A program made the position numbers and the translations under genes. From a virus, in the IMG/VR virus record IMGVR_UViG_3300020421_001669, positions 1-64,000 of that record: a stretch of DNA of 64,000 bases, one strand, 5' to 3'. The notes under the pieces are model-generated. The model did no database searches. It worked only from the letters and a program-made list of their open reading frames with translations, and was not told where the DNA came from. Below, piece by piece: positions 49,981-59,706 of this stretch; within the stretch, counting starts at the first letter, position 1; each line of letters begins with the position of its first letter.

Positions 49981-50603
49981 AAACTATAGAATTGAAAAAT
50001 CCAGATGTTTTAGACATCCTTGACAGGTGGATGGATTTTTATAATAACAATGTAAAAGAACCTTTACCAATGGATGAAAGAAGGTTTGGTAACAGGGATA
50101 TGGATTACTATTGTTCAGAAGAGTATCTTAGAGAAGTTCAAGCAAAAGGTGAAGACCACAAAGGCCCACCAGAGTATGCGAAGGTATGTGATTTCCACTT
50201 GACACACGGAGTTGATAAAGAACTTAGAAGAGAGTCCTTGAAGACTTGTGCTGAATTATCCGCGTGGTTGTGTGCTAAATTTAATGCGGTACATGTTTAC
50301 TATCCAGCTGGTGGTTTCATGTCGTGGCATAATAACTGGGATTGTCCCGGCTACAATATTTTATTATCACATAGTGATGGTTGTGGATTCTTTAAACACT
50401 TAGATGAAGATGGAAATGTTGTGACTATCCATGACCCAATTGGTTGGAACTGTAAGATAGGATATTATGGTGGTAAAGATGAACAACCATATTGGCATAC
50501 CGCTGGGAGTCGAGGCCCAAGACAAACATTTGGTTTCGTTGTTCCAGATAAAGATTTGTGGCAAGATATGGTTGAAGATATCTCTACTATAGATGTAGTC
50601 TAA
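49977..50603 (+). CDS. 2OG-Fe(II) oxygenase/cupin-like protein
   Basis: YYPAGGFMSWHNN...YWHTAGS..RQTFGF. Confidence 0.6.
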   Translation: MKTIELKNPDVLDILDRWMDFYNNNVKEPLPMDERRFGNRDMDYYCSEEYLREVQAKGEDHKGPPEYAKVCDFHLTHGVDKELRRESLKTCAELSAWLCAKFNAVHVYYPAGGFMSWHNNWDCPGYNILLSHSDGCGFFKHLDEDGNVVTIHDPIGWNCKIGYYGGKDEQPYWHTAGSRGPRQTFGFVVPDKDLWQDMVEDISTIDVV

Positions 50604-51283
50604 AAGAATCCTTCCCTTTGTCCTATGACCATGAATCGGTCAAACTCTTTCTTACCATCCCAAGAATAATATATTTGTTGTTTGGTTCCCTCATATCCAC
50701 ACTCTTCTATTCCTATTTGTTCTTTTAGTGCCTCTATTGAGTTCACACAATTGATACCATACATCTCTTCAACTACATTTGAGTTTTGCATCGCGTAGAC
50801 GGCATTAGGATTCTTACCCACTAGTTCTGTTAGAGGATACATTTGTTCGGTGTGAATACAGATTACTACATCAACATCAATCTTGTTTAGATTCTCAAAC
50901 TCAAATGGTATGTCCAGATTCCAATGACGAATGTTTACAAATTTTTCTTGGGCGTAATACTTGTGAAATGATTTAGAAAGATTGATACTCTCTTCATCCA
51001 TGTCCACCAAATGAATCTGAGAGACATCTAGGTTCTCACATAAAAGTGGAACCATAGGAAGACCTAACCAAGAATTAAGAATTAATATTCTAAGGTTACC
51101 TTGTTTGGTATAATATTCTTCCAAGTATTCTTTTAGTTCTTCAACCAACCAGATTGAAGCATCCATATTATTTTCCTGTAGAGATTGCCTAAAATCTACA
51201 AGTTTGTGAGGCATTTTGTTTTCTATAACATGTAGCGCCTCACCCCAGTATTTAAAGTTATTTAAAAAATTAAAATTTAACAT
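50600..51283 (-). CDS. Methyltransferase-fold protein (degenerate motif I)
   Basis: WLVEEL, ILILNSWLG, HLVDMD, VICIHTEQM, QNSN, INCVNS, RFMVIG. Confidence 0.5.
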   Translation of the reverse strand: MLNFNFLNNFKYWGEALHVIENKMPHKLVDFRQSLQENNMDASIWLVEELKEYLEEYYTKQGNLRILILNSWLGLPMVPLLCENLDVSQIHLVDMDEESINLSKSFHKYYAQEKFVNIRHWNLDIPFEFENLNKIDVDVVICIHTEQMYPLTELVGKNPNAVYAMQNSNVVEEMYGINCVNSIEALKEQIGIEECGYEGTKQQIYYSWDGKKEFDRFMVIGQREGFF

Positions 51284-51944
51284 CTTCACCTTTTCCCATT
51301 GAGTCAAAAATACAAACATAAGGTAGTTCGCGGTATGTATGTTTATCTATATCGTGTGGGAAGATATAGCCTTGGTTAAAACTATATACCCAACCTATAG
51401 GAAACAATTTGATTTTGGTTATTCTTCTGTTATAAAAGAAGTTATCAAGACCACGATAGTACCATAGTATTTGTTTCTGATATTTATTAAAATATTCTGT
51501 AATCTCTTCTGTGTTTAAGTTATCATTCCACCTCAGAACCGAAGAGTTTAGATCTGTATATTTATGTGGAATGTGTCTAGTGTTTTTAAATTGAGTTTCT
51601 AAATCGTGCCAGTATGTCTTTACAAAACAAAGACAGTCTTCTGGGTCATAGTCTGCGATGGAACTTATATCTTTCTGAATGATAGTATCAATATCAAAGA
51701 ACATCTTTTCACCCTTCTGTGTAACAATAGTTTCATCGAAGAGATACATTTTATTCCACCACTTTACTAACTTGTTTCCGCCCGGCAATGCGAGTGGCGT
51801 AATGTTCTCATCTAGTCCCTTTGGATTTTCTGTTAAGCAATAGAAACTAAAATCTTGTGGGAGATATTGTAGACAAGCCTCATAGATATTATTTACATGT
51901 TGGTGGTTGTATTTGTCACCCCACTTTACTGTGTAGATATTCAA
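51270..51944 (-). CDS. Glycosyltransferase (KWGxKY family, GT-A)
   Basis: VKWGDKY, WWNKMYLF, FFDID, NSSVLRW. Confidence 0.75.
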   Translation of the reverse strand: MNIYTVKWGDKYNHQHVNNIYEACLQYLPQDFSFYCLTENPKGLDENITPLALPGGNKLVKWWNKMYLFDETIVTQKGEKMFFDIDTIIQKDISSIADYDPEDCLCFVKTYWHDLETQFKNTRHIPHKYTDLNSSVLRWNDNLNTEEITEYFNKYQKQILWYYRGLDNFFYNRRITKIKLFPIGWVYSFNQGYIFPHDIDKHTYRELPYVCIFDSMGKGEDVKF

Positions 51945-52573
51945 AATGGTTCCCTCACATAAACTACATTACCAGACGCGGTAATTCTTTCTTCATCTGA
52001 AGTGTAAAAAGGATAAACCATATGTGGTAGTTTCGCATCAAACAAAATCATCTTTCCTTCAAATCCTTTATCAACTGGTATCGCTACTTCTTCTGGGACA
52101 CCCATTGGAGAGTTCATCACAAAACAAAGTCTTGATGTTTTAGGGTCTTTCTTTTCTGGAAAGAATTTGTCTTCCTCCTCTAAATCATATGGTACATTTA
52201 TAAAGATAACAAATGAAAACAATCCGCCATGATTATGCATGGGATTGAATTCATGTTTCTTCTGATAGTTTATCCACACACTTTCTAATCCTATTGGAAG
52301 TAGAGGGTGACTAGTATCTTTTTGCACTTTCATATAGTGTTCTATTTCTGGTCTGTAGAAGTTATTCATGATATCTACTTTTACAGATGAAGGCATGTCT
52401 TCTATTCTTATTTGCCTTTCCAGATGCCCTGCTAAATTATAATTGTTTGAAGTATTACCAACAAAGTTTCTATAATACTCCAAGGTTTCGGGACTCACCT
52501 CACCTGTCCATATGCAGTTATGTTTTGATATTAGTTCTTCTGCTATGAACCAGTTGGGACTCATCATTGCCAT
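51941..52573 (-). CDS. 2OG-Fe(II) oxygenase
   Basis: WINYQ..HEFNPMHNH, FSFVIF, HMVYPF, RITASGN. Confidence 0.8.
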   Translation of the reverse strand: MAMMSPNWFIAEELISKHNCIWTGEVSPETLEYYRNFVGNTSNNYNLAGHLERQIRIEDMPSSVKVDIMNNFYRPEIEHYMKVQKDTSHPLLPIGLESVWINYQKKHEFNPMHNHGGLFSFVIFINVPYDLEEEDKFFPEKKDPKTSRLCFVMNSPMGVPEEVAIPVDKGFEGKMILFDAKLPHMVYPFYTSDEERITASGNVVYVREPF

Positions 52574-52578
52574 GTATC

Positions 52579-52737
52579 CTACCAATGTCTTAATACTCCC
52601 GATATAATAAAGAAACAGGTGAAGAAGTTTACCAAGACAACTACGGTTCTCATTATTGCAACCATATCAGCCTCGTGTGAATCATCCGATGCCTTTTCCC
52701 CTAAAGACATGCACCATAGTTTCCAAAGTTTTTTCAT
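52579..52737 (-). CDS. 52 aa small membrane protein (MKKLWKLWCMSLGEKASDDSHEADMVAIMRT...RHW)
   Basis: SD, C-terminal TM helix, fills the intergenic gap; absent from the ORF track. Confidence 0.7.
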   Translation of the reverse strand: MKKLWKLWCMSLGEKASDDSHEADMVAIMRTVVVLVNFFTCFFIISGVLRHW

Positions 52738-52739
52738 TC

Positions 52740-53552
52740 CTACCTCCAATGTTCTAATAGTTTGGGGTCTGCAAGTTCGTCTTGTTTAGTATGTCCTCTA
52801 CTTTCATCCTCAAACGGTAATAAATCTACATTAAATACACACAAAATACAATTGGGTCTGTATATACCCACATTCAAATCATCTTCATCCCATGACCTAC
52901 CTCTATTATATGAATATGCCATATGTGATGGAAAGTAATCCCATAGTTTAGCACCATACTCACCCCATCTCCATGAGTGATAGTTATCTGTTCCGTCTGT
53001 ATATGTGAACCATATCTTTTCTTGATTCTCTAATACATCTTCCCATATAGGTTCACATTGGTCATCACTCCATACTTGACAACTTCCATTCGTGTACGCG
53101 CCATGTGCTAGTTTAAATTGTCTAGTCTGCATGGGTTTCGGGTCTTGCCACCAAGACCGCATTTTAGTTGGTTGTTCTGTGTTGTAAGTTAGAAGTGGTG
53201 TAATATCATTCTGGATAATTACATCCAAATCAAAGAAGATGAAGCGTCCTGTCGGCTTATCTGGGCCGAAATTGTGAGTATTAAAAACGAAAGTTTTAGG
53301 CCTGTCCCAACAGCGAGCCATGCCGTACTTAAACTCGTCAGCGCCGAACCAGTATTTAGGATGGATGGTAGGGATATCGGGAAATGGTATAACCTTAATA
53401 TCTGGTAATAGTCCCTTATCATTGTCGGTATAACAGTAGAAATGAAAATCCATTGTCGAAGGTGTATTGCGCTTAGACATGTTATAAAGACGGTTAACAA
53501 AGTGCGGGCCATATTTTTCTCCCCATTTACTACAAACTACATTAACTCGCAT
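52740..53552 (-). CDS. Glycosyltransferase (KWGxKY family)
   Basis: CSKWGEKY, CYTD, FFDLDVII, NGS, GTDNY. Confidence 0.78.
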   Translation of the reverse strand: MRVNVVCSKWGEKYGPHFVNRLYNMSKRNTPSTMDFHFYCYTDNDKGLLPDIKVIPFPDIPTIHPKYWFGADEFKYGMARCWDRPKTFVFNTHNFGPDKPTGRFIFFDLDVIIQNDITPLLTYNTEQPTKMRSWWQDPKPMQTRQFKLAHGAYTNGSCQVWSDDQCEPIWEDVLENQEKIWFTYTDGTDNYHSWRWGEYGAKLWDYFPSHMAYSYNRGRSWDEDDLNVGIYRPNCILCVFNVDLLPFEDESRGHTKQDELADPKLLEHWR

Positions 53553-56058
53553 GGCAATCTCCACAATTTCTGGTACAAACGCTGAGGGGTTTCCTCTTCA
53601 AGTGTTGACTTATATTCTCAAAGTCATGGTTATAAATTATCTCACCGATATTAAATTTCGTCCCATCATTATACTTGAAATTGTATGTATAGTCAATAGG
53701 ATGATAAGGAAATAATTTGTGTTCCATTACATCTCTAGCAATGTACGCACACGGAAAAAGGTTGCCTTGCGAATTCACATAAAAATATTCACTTTTCCTC
53801 GCGTCACACCATACTGGTTCCTTCTCTTTCATCTTAGGTTTCTTGGTTCGTACTTCCTCATCCTTCTTAAACCGTTTCAATGTTTCCAGACTCACTGGAA
53901 TATCACTAGCAATACTATCATTTACCTTTATTTCGTTTTCGGTTGGTTGTGTAGGAAGTACATGTTCAACCCTATCAACAAAAGGTAGGTCTTTTATATA
54001 TGCCTTGAATGTTTGAACGGTGACTGTACAACCTAATTTTTCTTTAAAATACCGACAAATGGACTCAATTTGGTCACAATTGGTTGGGTCAGTAATTTCA
54101 CACATAAATGTAACCCATTGTAACTTAAAGTTTTCAACTACAGTCTTGAGAGAATCTAGTGTATGTTCCTTTCCATTAACAAAAATATCATTAAATTCAT
54201 TCCCAGTATCATTTTGTTTGGTAGATAGTTGTATTAATGCACCTTCTGGATTGCCATCATCATATAATCCTGTGTATAAGTCACTATATTGTTCTCCATG
54301 CATTTGGAAATACTTGACAAGAGTGTCATTATCTTTTACACTATCTTGATTTATAATGGATATGAGTTCTTGTTTGGGCATGATGTTGTATAGTCGCTCA
54401 AATACTTTCTCATAATCTTCTTTATAAAATAATTCTTTTAGGTTTTGCAGATAGTATTTTTTGTACAGGGATTGAACATCCTCAATTGATGCATCCCAGA
54501 ACACTCTTTGCATCCCATGTTCTTTAATGTTATCCATAACATCTTTTTTGATTTGTGGTAGTGTGTTCTTATCCCATAGTCTTTTGTACAACGCAAAACA
54601 TTGTAGAAAACTTATGTTCCAGAAATATCTAACAGGCCCCAGTTCTTTCGCTTCATCAAACGCGGTTAGGTGAGACTTGTATATGTACCTTTGTTTGTAT
54701 AAGTCATATATCTCATTTGCATCTTTATTCCAATACAAAGACTCATCACCCTGTAATAGTACAGGGTCATCTGGATAGTCAGCGAGAAACTTTTTATGCA
54801 TTGAAATCATATCACCAGAGTCATATAGTTCTTTGATAATATCCTTGTGGTGCGGTTCTATTTGTCGTATAAAGATAAGGTCAGATATCTCTCTTTCTAA
54901 TTCTGGTACATGTACCTTCACTTCAGAAATTGTACCTTTAAAATATTCCTCCAACTCTGGGAAGTCATTAATCATTTTCTCTGAGAGGGATTGCAAATCA
55001 TTTGTTTCAATAAGTTCTTTAATGTCTGATATTGTATTCTTATCCATATAGTTTTCTTGTAGCATACTATCTGTTAGAGATTCAAATCCAATCCACTCGC
55101 GTAGTGTTTCAAACTCTTTTGAATATTGTTCCCAATCTTGTTTTAGTTGTGGTAAGTCTTTGAGGAATTTTTCTTCTAGTGTGTCGTAGTCCTTGGTACG
55201 CAACAATTGAGATATCTTGTTGGTATGTTTATTTTTATCAAAGAAGTTATCTGGGAACTTGGGTAACCACAATCTTTCAAATTCTGTTTTGCCGTGCCAA
55301 TGCGTGAGTAGATTGTAATCTCTCAACTCGTGTGGTTTAAGATTGTTTTTGTTTCTACCACCAACGGATGCTTCAAAGATACAGAACTTTGCATCTTCTC
55401 TATACAGGTGTTGCGTGACATCATTTGGATGTTGTCTCCCTCTATTGTAGGAGTATACCCAATCACTAGGTAAGAACGACCAATAGTTATCGCCTACTGC
55501 TTGATGTTCTCTGTATGGGTAGTAGTTATCGGTTCCTTTCCAAAAGGTTTTAAACACCGTGTCCTTGTGTTTCATTACATCATTGTAAATCTTTTCCCCT
55601 TGGTCAGTACACCATAACATGACACTAGAGTTATATAATGTGCCACGCATATCTGTAAATCTTCTGTCATTGAGAACTTTTGGATTTTCCCAATTGGAAT
55701 AAATCATGTGCGGAGTTTTCGATAGTTCAAATATGTCATCGATGTTATTTTGAATGATAACATCTAAATCCAAATAACAAAAAGGCCCTTTGGTTTTTAA
55801 CCAGTGGTGAGAATTTAGTACGAGAAATTTTGACCTATCCCAACAGAAGTTTTCTTGACCAAACCAATGCCGTGGATGGAGAGGGTCTACATTGGGTATA
55901 GACCGAATCTTAATATCCTTGTGTATATCTTCTGGTTCGTCTGTGTAGCATATGAACTTAAACCTTTTGGTGTAGTTCTGCTGAACCATTCTGTATAAAT
56001 TGTTTACATATTCTGGAGAGTACTTATTGCCCCATTTCATGCAAAGAAAGTGCATCAT
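53542..56058 (-). CDS. Glycosyltransferase fused to helical repeats and a degenerate radical SAM/SPASM domain
   Basis: N-terminal CMKWGNKY..YLDLDVII..NSSVMLW; C-terminal CDA..YVNSQGNLFPCAY..CTRNCGDC. Confidence 0.72.
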   Translation of the reverse strand: MMHFLCMKWGNKYSPEYVNNLYRMVQQNYTKRFKFICYTDEPEDIHKDIKIRSIPNVDPLHPRHWFGQENFCWDRSKFLVLNSHHWLKTKGPFCYLDLDVIIQNNIDDIFELSKTPHMIYSNWENPKVLNDRRFTDMRGTLYNSSVMLWCTDQGEKIYNDVMKHKDTVFKTFWKGTDNYYPYREHQAVGDNYWSFLPSDWVYSYNRGRQHPNDVTQHLYREDAKFCIFEASVGGRNKNNLKPHELRDYNLLTHWHGKTEFERLWLPKFPDNFFDKNKHTNKISQLLRTKDYDTLEEKFLKDLPQLKQDWEQYSKEFETLREWIGFESLTDSMLQENYMDKNTISDIKELIETNDLQSLSEKMINDFPELEEYFKGTISEVKVHVPELEREISDLIFIRQIEPHHKDIIKELYDSGDMISMHKKFLADYPDDPVLLQGDESLYWNKDANEIYDLYKQRYIYKSHLTAFDEAKELGPVRYFWNISFLQCFALYKRLWDKNTLPQIKKDVMDNIKEHGMQRVFWDASIEDVQSLYKKYYLQNLKELFYKEDYEKVFERLYNIMPKQELISIINQDSVKDNDTLVKYFQMHGEQYSDLYTGLYDDGNPEGALIQLSTKQNDTGNEFNDIFVNGKEHTLDSLKTVVENFKLQWVTFMCEITDPTNCDQIESICRYFKEKLGCTVTVQTFKAYIKDLPFVDRVEHVLPTQPTENEIKVNDSIASDIPVSLETLKRFKKDEEVRTKKPKMKEKEPVWCDARKSEYFYVNSQGNLFPCAYIARDVMEHKLFPYHPIDYTYNFKYNDGTKFNIGEIIYNHDFENISQHLKRKPLSVCTRNCGDCHAS

Positions 56059-56677
56059 AATATTTTTGTCTCAAATTGTAATTGACTTCATTTTGTCCGT
56101 TTAGTAGAACAATTGGATAATCTTTTTTTATTTGATGAGCTCTTGGTGAAGTATCTGTTTCCATATCTACCCCAGCAAGAAAAGAATATATCAATCCTTT
56201 TGGGAATGTTCTTTTGAAAAACCTTCCATCATATAAAAAATTATCATCCTTACCATCGTATTTATGCAAGTTAAAATCAAAGTTTTTGAAAAACGACTCT
56301 GTTATATAGGCGGCATTATCACAGTGCCACGCCATGACACTAGAGTTCCACGCACCGCCAAAGTCTTTCCAGTAAGTTTCACATATAGTGGGTTCATCAC
56401 AATACCCAAACAGTGGCTCAAGGTCTCCCTGTACGATTAAATCTAAGTCTAAATATAAAGTTGGGCCACCAAAATCTTTACCAAGAAGTAAAATTTTTTC
56501 CCAGTTGCCCAGACCAGTAGACTTCTGTGTAAGTATTCCTTGTTGTAATCCTTCTGGGTCATCGGTGCGACACCAAAAGTTACCACCCTGTAGATAAGGT
56601 TTACACATATTATAAATAGTGTTTACATCATTGGAAGAGTATTTGTTTCCGTATTTTAGCGTAACAATTGTTCTCAT
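56024..56677 (-). CDS. Glycosyltransferase (KWGxKY-like family)
   Basis: LKYGNKY, CRTD, WEK, LYLDLD, WNSSVMAW. Confidence 0.75.
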   Translation of the reverse strand: MRTIVTLKYGNKYSSNDVNTIYNMCKPYLQGGNFWCRTDDPEGLQQGILTQKSTGLGNWEKILLLGKDFGGPTLYLDLDLIVQGDLEPLFGYCDEPTICETYWKDFGGAWNSSVMAWHCDNAAYITESFFKNFDFNLHKYDGKDDNFLYDGRFFKRTFPKGLIYSFLAGVDMETDTSPRAHQIKKDYPIVLLNGQNEVNYNLRQKYYDALSLHEMGQ

Positions 56678-56695
56678 AATTTAAAGGTATATTCC

Positions 56696-57031
56696 ATGGC
56701 AAAAAAAGTAATTAAAAATTTAACGATAGACCAAGGTGCAACCTTTAGCGAGACCTTAACTGTAACTACAGATGGGTCAACCGCTAAAAATCTTACTGGC
56801 TATACAACAACATCACAGTTCAGAAAAAGCTATGACAGTACTACTTATACAAGTTTTACAACCGCTCAAGTTGACGCTACTGGAGTTATAACTTTATCTC
56901 TGACTGCTACACAAACTACCGCGTTAAAGTCTGGTAGATATGTATATGATGTTGAAATTGCAAATTCGCCAGAAGTACTTAGAGTACAAGAAGGTATCAT
57001 AACAGTAACACCACAAGTAACTAAATCATAA
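56696..57031 (+). CDS. Small virion structural protein
   Basis: IDQGATF, NLTGY, LSLTATQT, GRYVYDVEI, EGIITVTPQVT. Confidence 0.75.
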   Translation: MAKKVIKNLTIDQGATFSETLTVTTDGSTAKNLTGYTTTSQFRKSYDSTTYTSFTTAQVDATGVITLSLTATQTTALKSGRYVYDVEIANSPEVLRVQEGIITVTPQVTKS

Positions 57032-57040
57032 GGAAGAACA

Positions 57041-57184
57041 GTGACAAAAGATTTTCGTAGTGTACAACAGGACTTGACCGAATTAAATGGGGATGGTAAC
57101 CGCGATAGGGGTAGGTATGGTGAAGACGAACCTAAAGAAAACCTAGAGGAAAAACCTAATTCGGAGACCCAAAAGGAAGAATAA
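57041..57184 (+). CDS. 47 aa hypothetical protein (ELNGDGNRDRGRYGED)
   Basis: GTG start after AGGA; stop overlaps the next ATG. Confidence 0.55.
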   Translation: MTKDFRSVQQDLTELNGDGNRDRGRYGEDEPKENLEEKPNSETQKEE

Positions 57185-58698
57185 TGGACGAGCTAAAAAA
57201 ACTCTTTGAAGCAGTTGCAAAAGAAAAAACTAGAAACCAGCAATTGCAAAAAGAAGAAATTCTCAAAGAAGTAGAGAAGTCTCAAAAGAAGAAAACCCAC
57301 AGTAAAAAAGTCCAAGAGGATTTCTGGGGGGTGTTTAAGAGCGAGTTAAATAAACTTTCAGAAGTTGAAGAACAAAACAAAAATAAGTTACAAAAGTTAG
57401 AAGAAATCAGAGATGAATTTAAAGATGTAACTCCAATCATATATGAAGAAGAGGTTGAAGAGGTACAGGAACAAGTTGTTCCAGATTTCTTTGCAGACAT
57501 TGACCCACAAAAAATGGCATCAGAGTTTGATATTCGACCAGTGAGTCAGATATCAGAAAATGATATGTCTCAATCTGAACCATATGAATTAAAAGACCAT
57601 CCTACTACACTTGTAGAAATGCCAGATAAAACAGTAGACCCAGACATTTCTATATTAGAAGCAAAAGTTAATAAGTTAGAATTGAAATATGCTGGTTTAG
57701 TGGATGAAGAACCAGAAGAGATAACAGAAGAATCACAACCAGAGTCATTCAATGTAAGTAAGGATGCCTATAGTGCGGTCATGGATGTCCTTAATCTCAA
57801 ACCTGTAGAGAAGAAAGACAAGGACGAAAGACAATTACAAGAACTCGCGGTACAATATCTTGCTGATAAGAAACAGTCTGTACAGGAACAAGTTGATGAG
57901 ACTGCAAGTGTACAGAAACAAATAAACGAAATCAATACAAACATCCGACAATTGATATTGGGTATGCAAGGTATCGGTGGCGGTGGTGAAGTTAGATTAG
58001 AATTCCTAGATGATGTTGACCGTTCATCCGCTACAACAGATGGTAGGTTCTTACGCTATAGTTCTTCCACTAAGAAGTGGGAAGGCATTGCAATTGATAC
58101 AGGTGACCAAGCTGCAATACTGGATAATTCTGGAACACCATCACTTGCATCTGGTGTAACAGCAGCTGAAATTAGAACATTAATTGATGCCCAACCAACT
58201 GGTTCTTATGTAACTCTTAGTTCATTATCTGTGGGTAGTGAAGCATCTGCATCTGGTGACGGAGGAATTGCATATAATAATTCTACTGGTGTATTCACAT
58301 ACACACCACCAGATTTAAGTTCATTTGCGACACTCGCTAGTCCAGCACTTACTGGTAATCCTACTGCGCCAACACAATCCGCGAGTGATAATAGTACAAA
58401 GATTGCTACTACTGCTTATGTTGAAACAGCTACTGCAAATCTTGTTGACTCTGCTCCCTCAACTTTAAACACTTTAAATGAACTTGCGGCTGCTTTGGGA
58501 GATGATGAAAACTTTTCTACTACAGTAACAAATAATATTGCTACTAAAGCACCACTTGCTAGTCCATCATTAACAGGAACACCAACTGCTCCAACCGCGT
58601 CTACTGGTACAGATACAACACAAATCGCCACTACAGCATTTGTAAAACAGGAAATTGATGCGCTCAAGGCCTTGTTATACGCTTACGACCAATCCTAA
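57184..58698 (+). CDS. Fibre/whisker-like protein (coiled coil plus tail-fibre repeats)
   Basis: GGGGEVRLEFLDDVD, two ASPxLTGxPTAPT..TxIATTA repeats, APSTLNTLNELAAALGDD; occupies the T4 wac position before gp13. Confidence 0.65.
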   Translation: MDELKKLFEAVAKEKTRNQQLQKEEILKEVEKSQKKKTHSKKVQEDFWGVFKSELNKLSEVEEQNKNKLQKLEEIRDEFKDVTPIIYEEEVEEVQEQVVPDFFADIDPQKMASEFDIRPVSQISENDMSQSEPYELKDHPTTLVEMPDKTVDPDISILEAKVNKLELKYAGLVDEEPEEITEESQPESFNVSKDAYSAVMDVLNLKPVEKKDKDERQLQELAVQYLADKKQSVQEQVDETASVQKQINEINTNIRQLILGMQGIGGGGEVRLEFLDDVDRSSATTDGRFLRYSSSTKKWEGIAIDTGDQAAILDNSGTPSLASGVTAAEIRTLIDAQPTGSYVTLSSLSVGSEASASGDGGIAYNNSTGVFTYTPPDLSSFATLASPALTGNPTAPTQSASDNSTKIATTAYVETATANLVDSAPSTLNTLNELAAALGDDENFSTTVTNNIATKAPLASPSLTGTPTAPTASTGTDTTQIATTAFVKQEIDALKALLYAYDQS

Positions 58699-58702
58699 GT
58701 CT

Positions 58703-58710
58703 TATAAATA
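58703..58710 (+). promoter_or_regulatory. T4 late promoter
   Basis: TATAAATA before gp13. Confidence 0.75.
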
Positions 58711-58745
58711 GTCAAAGTATTAAAACTATTTAAATAGGGGTTCAC

Positions 58746-59702
58746 ATGGCTTTATCCACAAGACAAGGACTCATTGACTATTGTTTACGAAGGTTGGGAC
58801 ACCCTGTAATAGAAATCAATGTCGATGAAGACCAAATATCAGATAGAATCGATGACGCCTTTCAACATTGGAATGAGTACCATTTCGATGGTGTCGAAAG
58901 GGCATACATCAAACATAAACTAACTGGTTCAACATTAACCTTAACTGGTAGCGCTACTTTTGAAACTGGAGAAACCATTACTGGTGGAACATCTGGTGCA
59001 AAATCAACGGTACACGAATCAAGTTCTGGTACTTCAGTAGTATATGAAAAATCAAGTACAGCAGCTGCATTTGAGGCGAATGAGGTTATTACTGGTTCAA
59101 ATTCTGGTACAACTGCTACGATACAAAGTATATCAAAGGGAGATATAGAAAACGGATACATCCCAATAGGTAACGAAGTATTAAATATAGTTAGAGTATT
59201 TAAGTTTGGTGCATTAGTTGGTAGTAAATCAGATGGACTATTTGATGTAGATTATCAATTTGCATTGAATGACTTATATAATCTACTTTCTGCTGATATT
59301 ACATACTACTCAATGGTCAAGACACACATGAATTTATTGGAAAACATTTTCAGAAATGAAAGACCCATTAGGTTCAATAGAAAAACAAACAGACTATATC
59401 TTGATACAGATATGGATGGAACATTTGACATTGATAATTACATTGTCGCGGAGGCATATTCAATTATAGACCCCGCTACATTTACAGAAGTCTACGATGA
59501 TATGTTCTTAAAAAGATATGCGACTGCTCTTATCAAGAGGCAGTGGGGCGAGAATATGAAAAAGTTTGGGGGAATCGCGTTGCCAGGCGGTGTAACACTG
59601 AATGGTGACCAGATATATGGAGAGGCAATTCAAGAAGTTTCTATTATAGAAGATGAAATGCAAATGAAATATGAATTACCCCCAATGATGATGACAGGGT
59701 AG
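58746..59702 (+). CDS. gp13: Neck protein gp13
   Basis: YCLRRLGHPVIEINV, YHFDG, KRQWGENMKKF, LPGGVTLNG. Confidence 0.95.
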   Translation: MALSTRQGLIDYCLRRLGHPVIEINVDEDQISDRIDDAFQHWNEYHFDGVERAYIKHKLTGSTLTLTGSATFETGETITGGTSGAKSTVHESSSGTSVVYEKSSTAAAFEANEVITGSNSGTTATIQSISKGDIENGYIPIGNEVLNIVRVFKFGALVGSKSDGLFDVDYQFALNDLYNLLSADITYYSMVKTHMNLLENIFRNERPIRFNRKTNRLYLDTDMDGTFDIDNYIVAEAYSIIDPATFTEVYDDMFLKRYATALIKRQWGENMKKFGGIALPGGVTLNGDQIYGEAIQEVSIIEDEMQMKYELPPMMMTG

Positions 59703-59706
59703 ATAA

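Noticed and set aside
53220-53520. Slightly GC-richer patch inside a GT gene (possible recombined segment)
   Set aside because: Impression only; too short to support without computation
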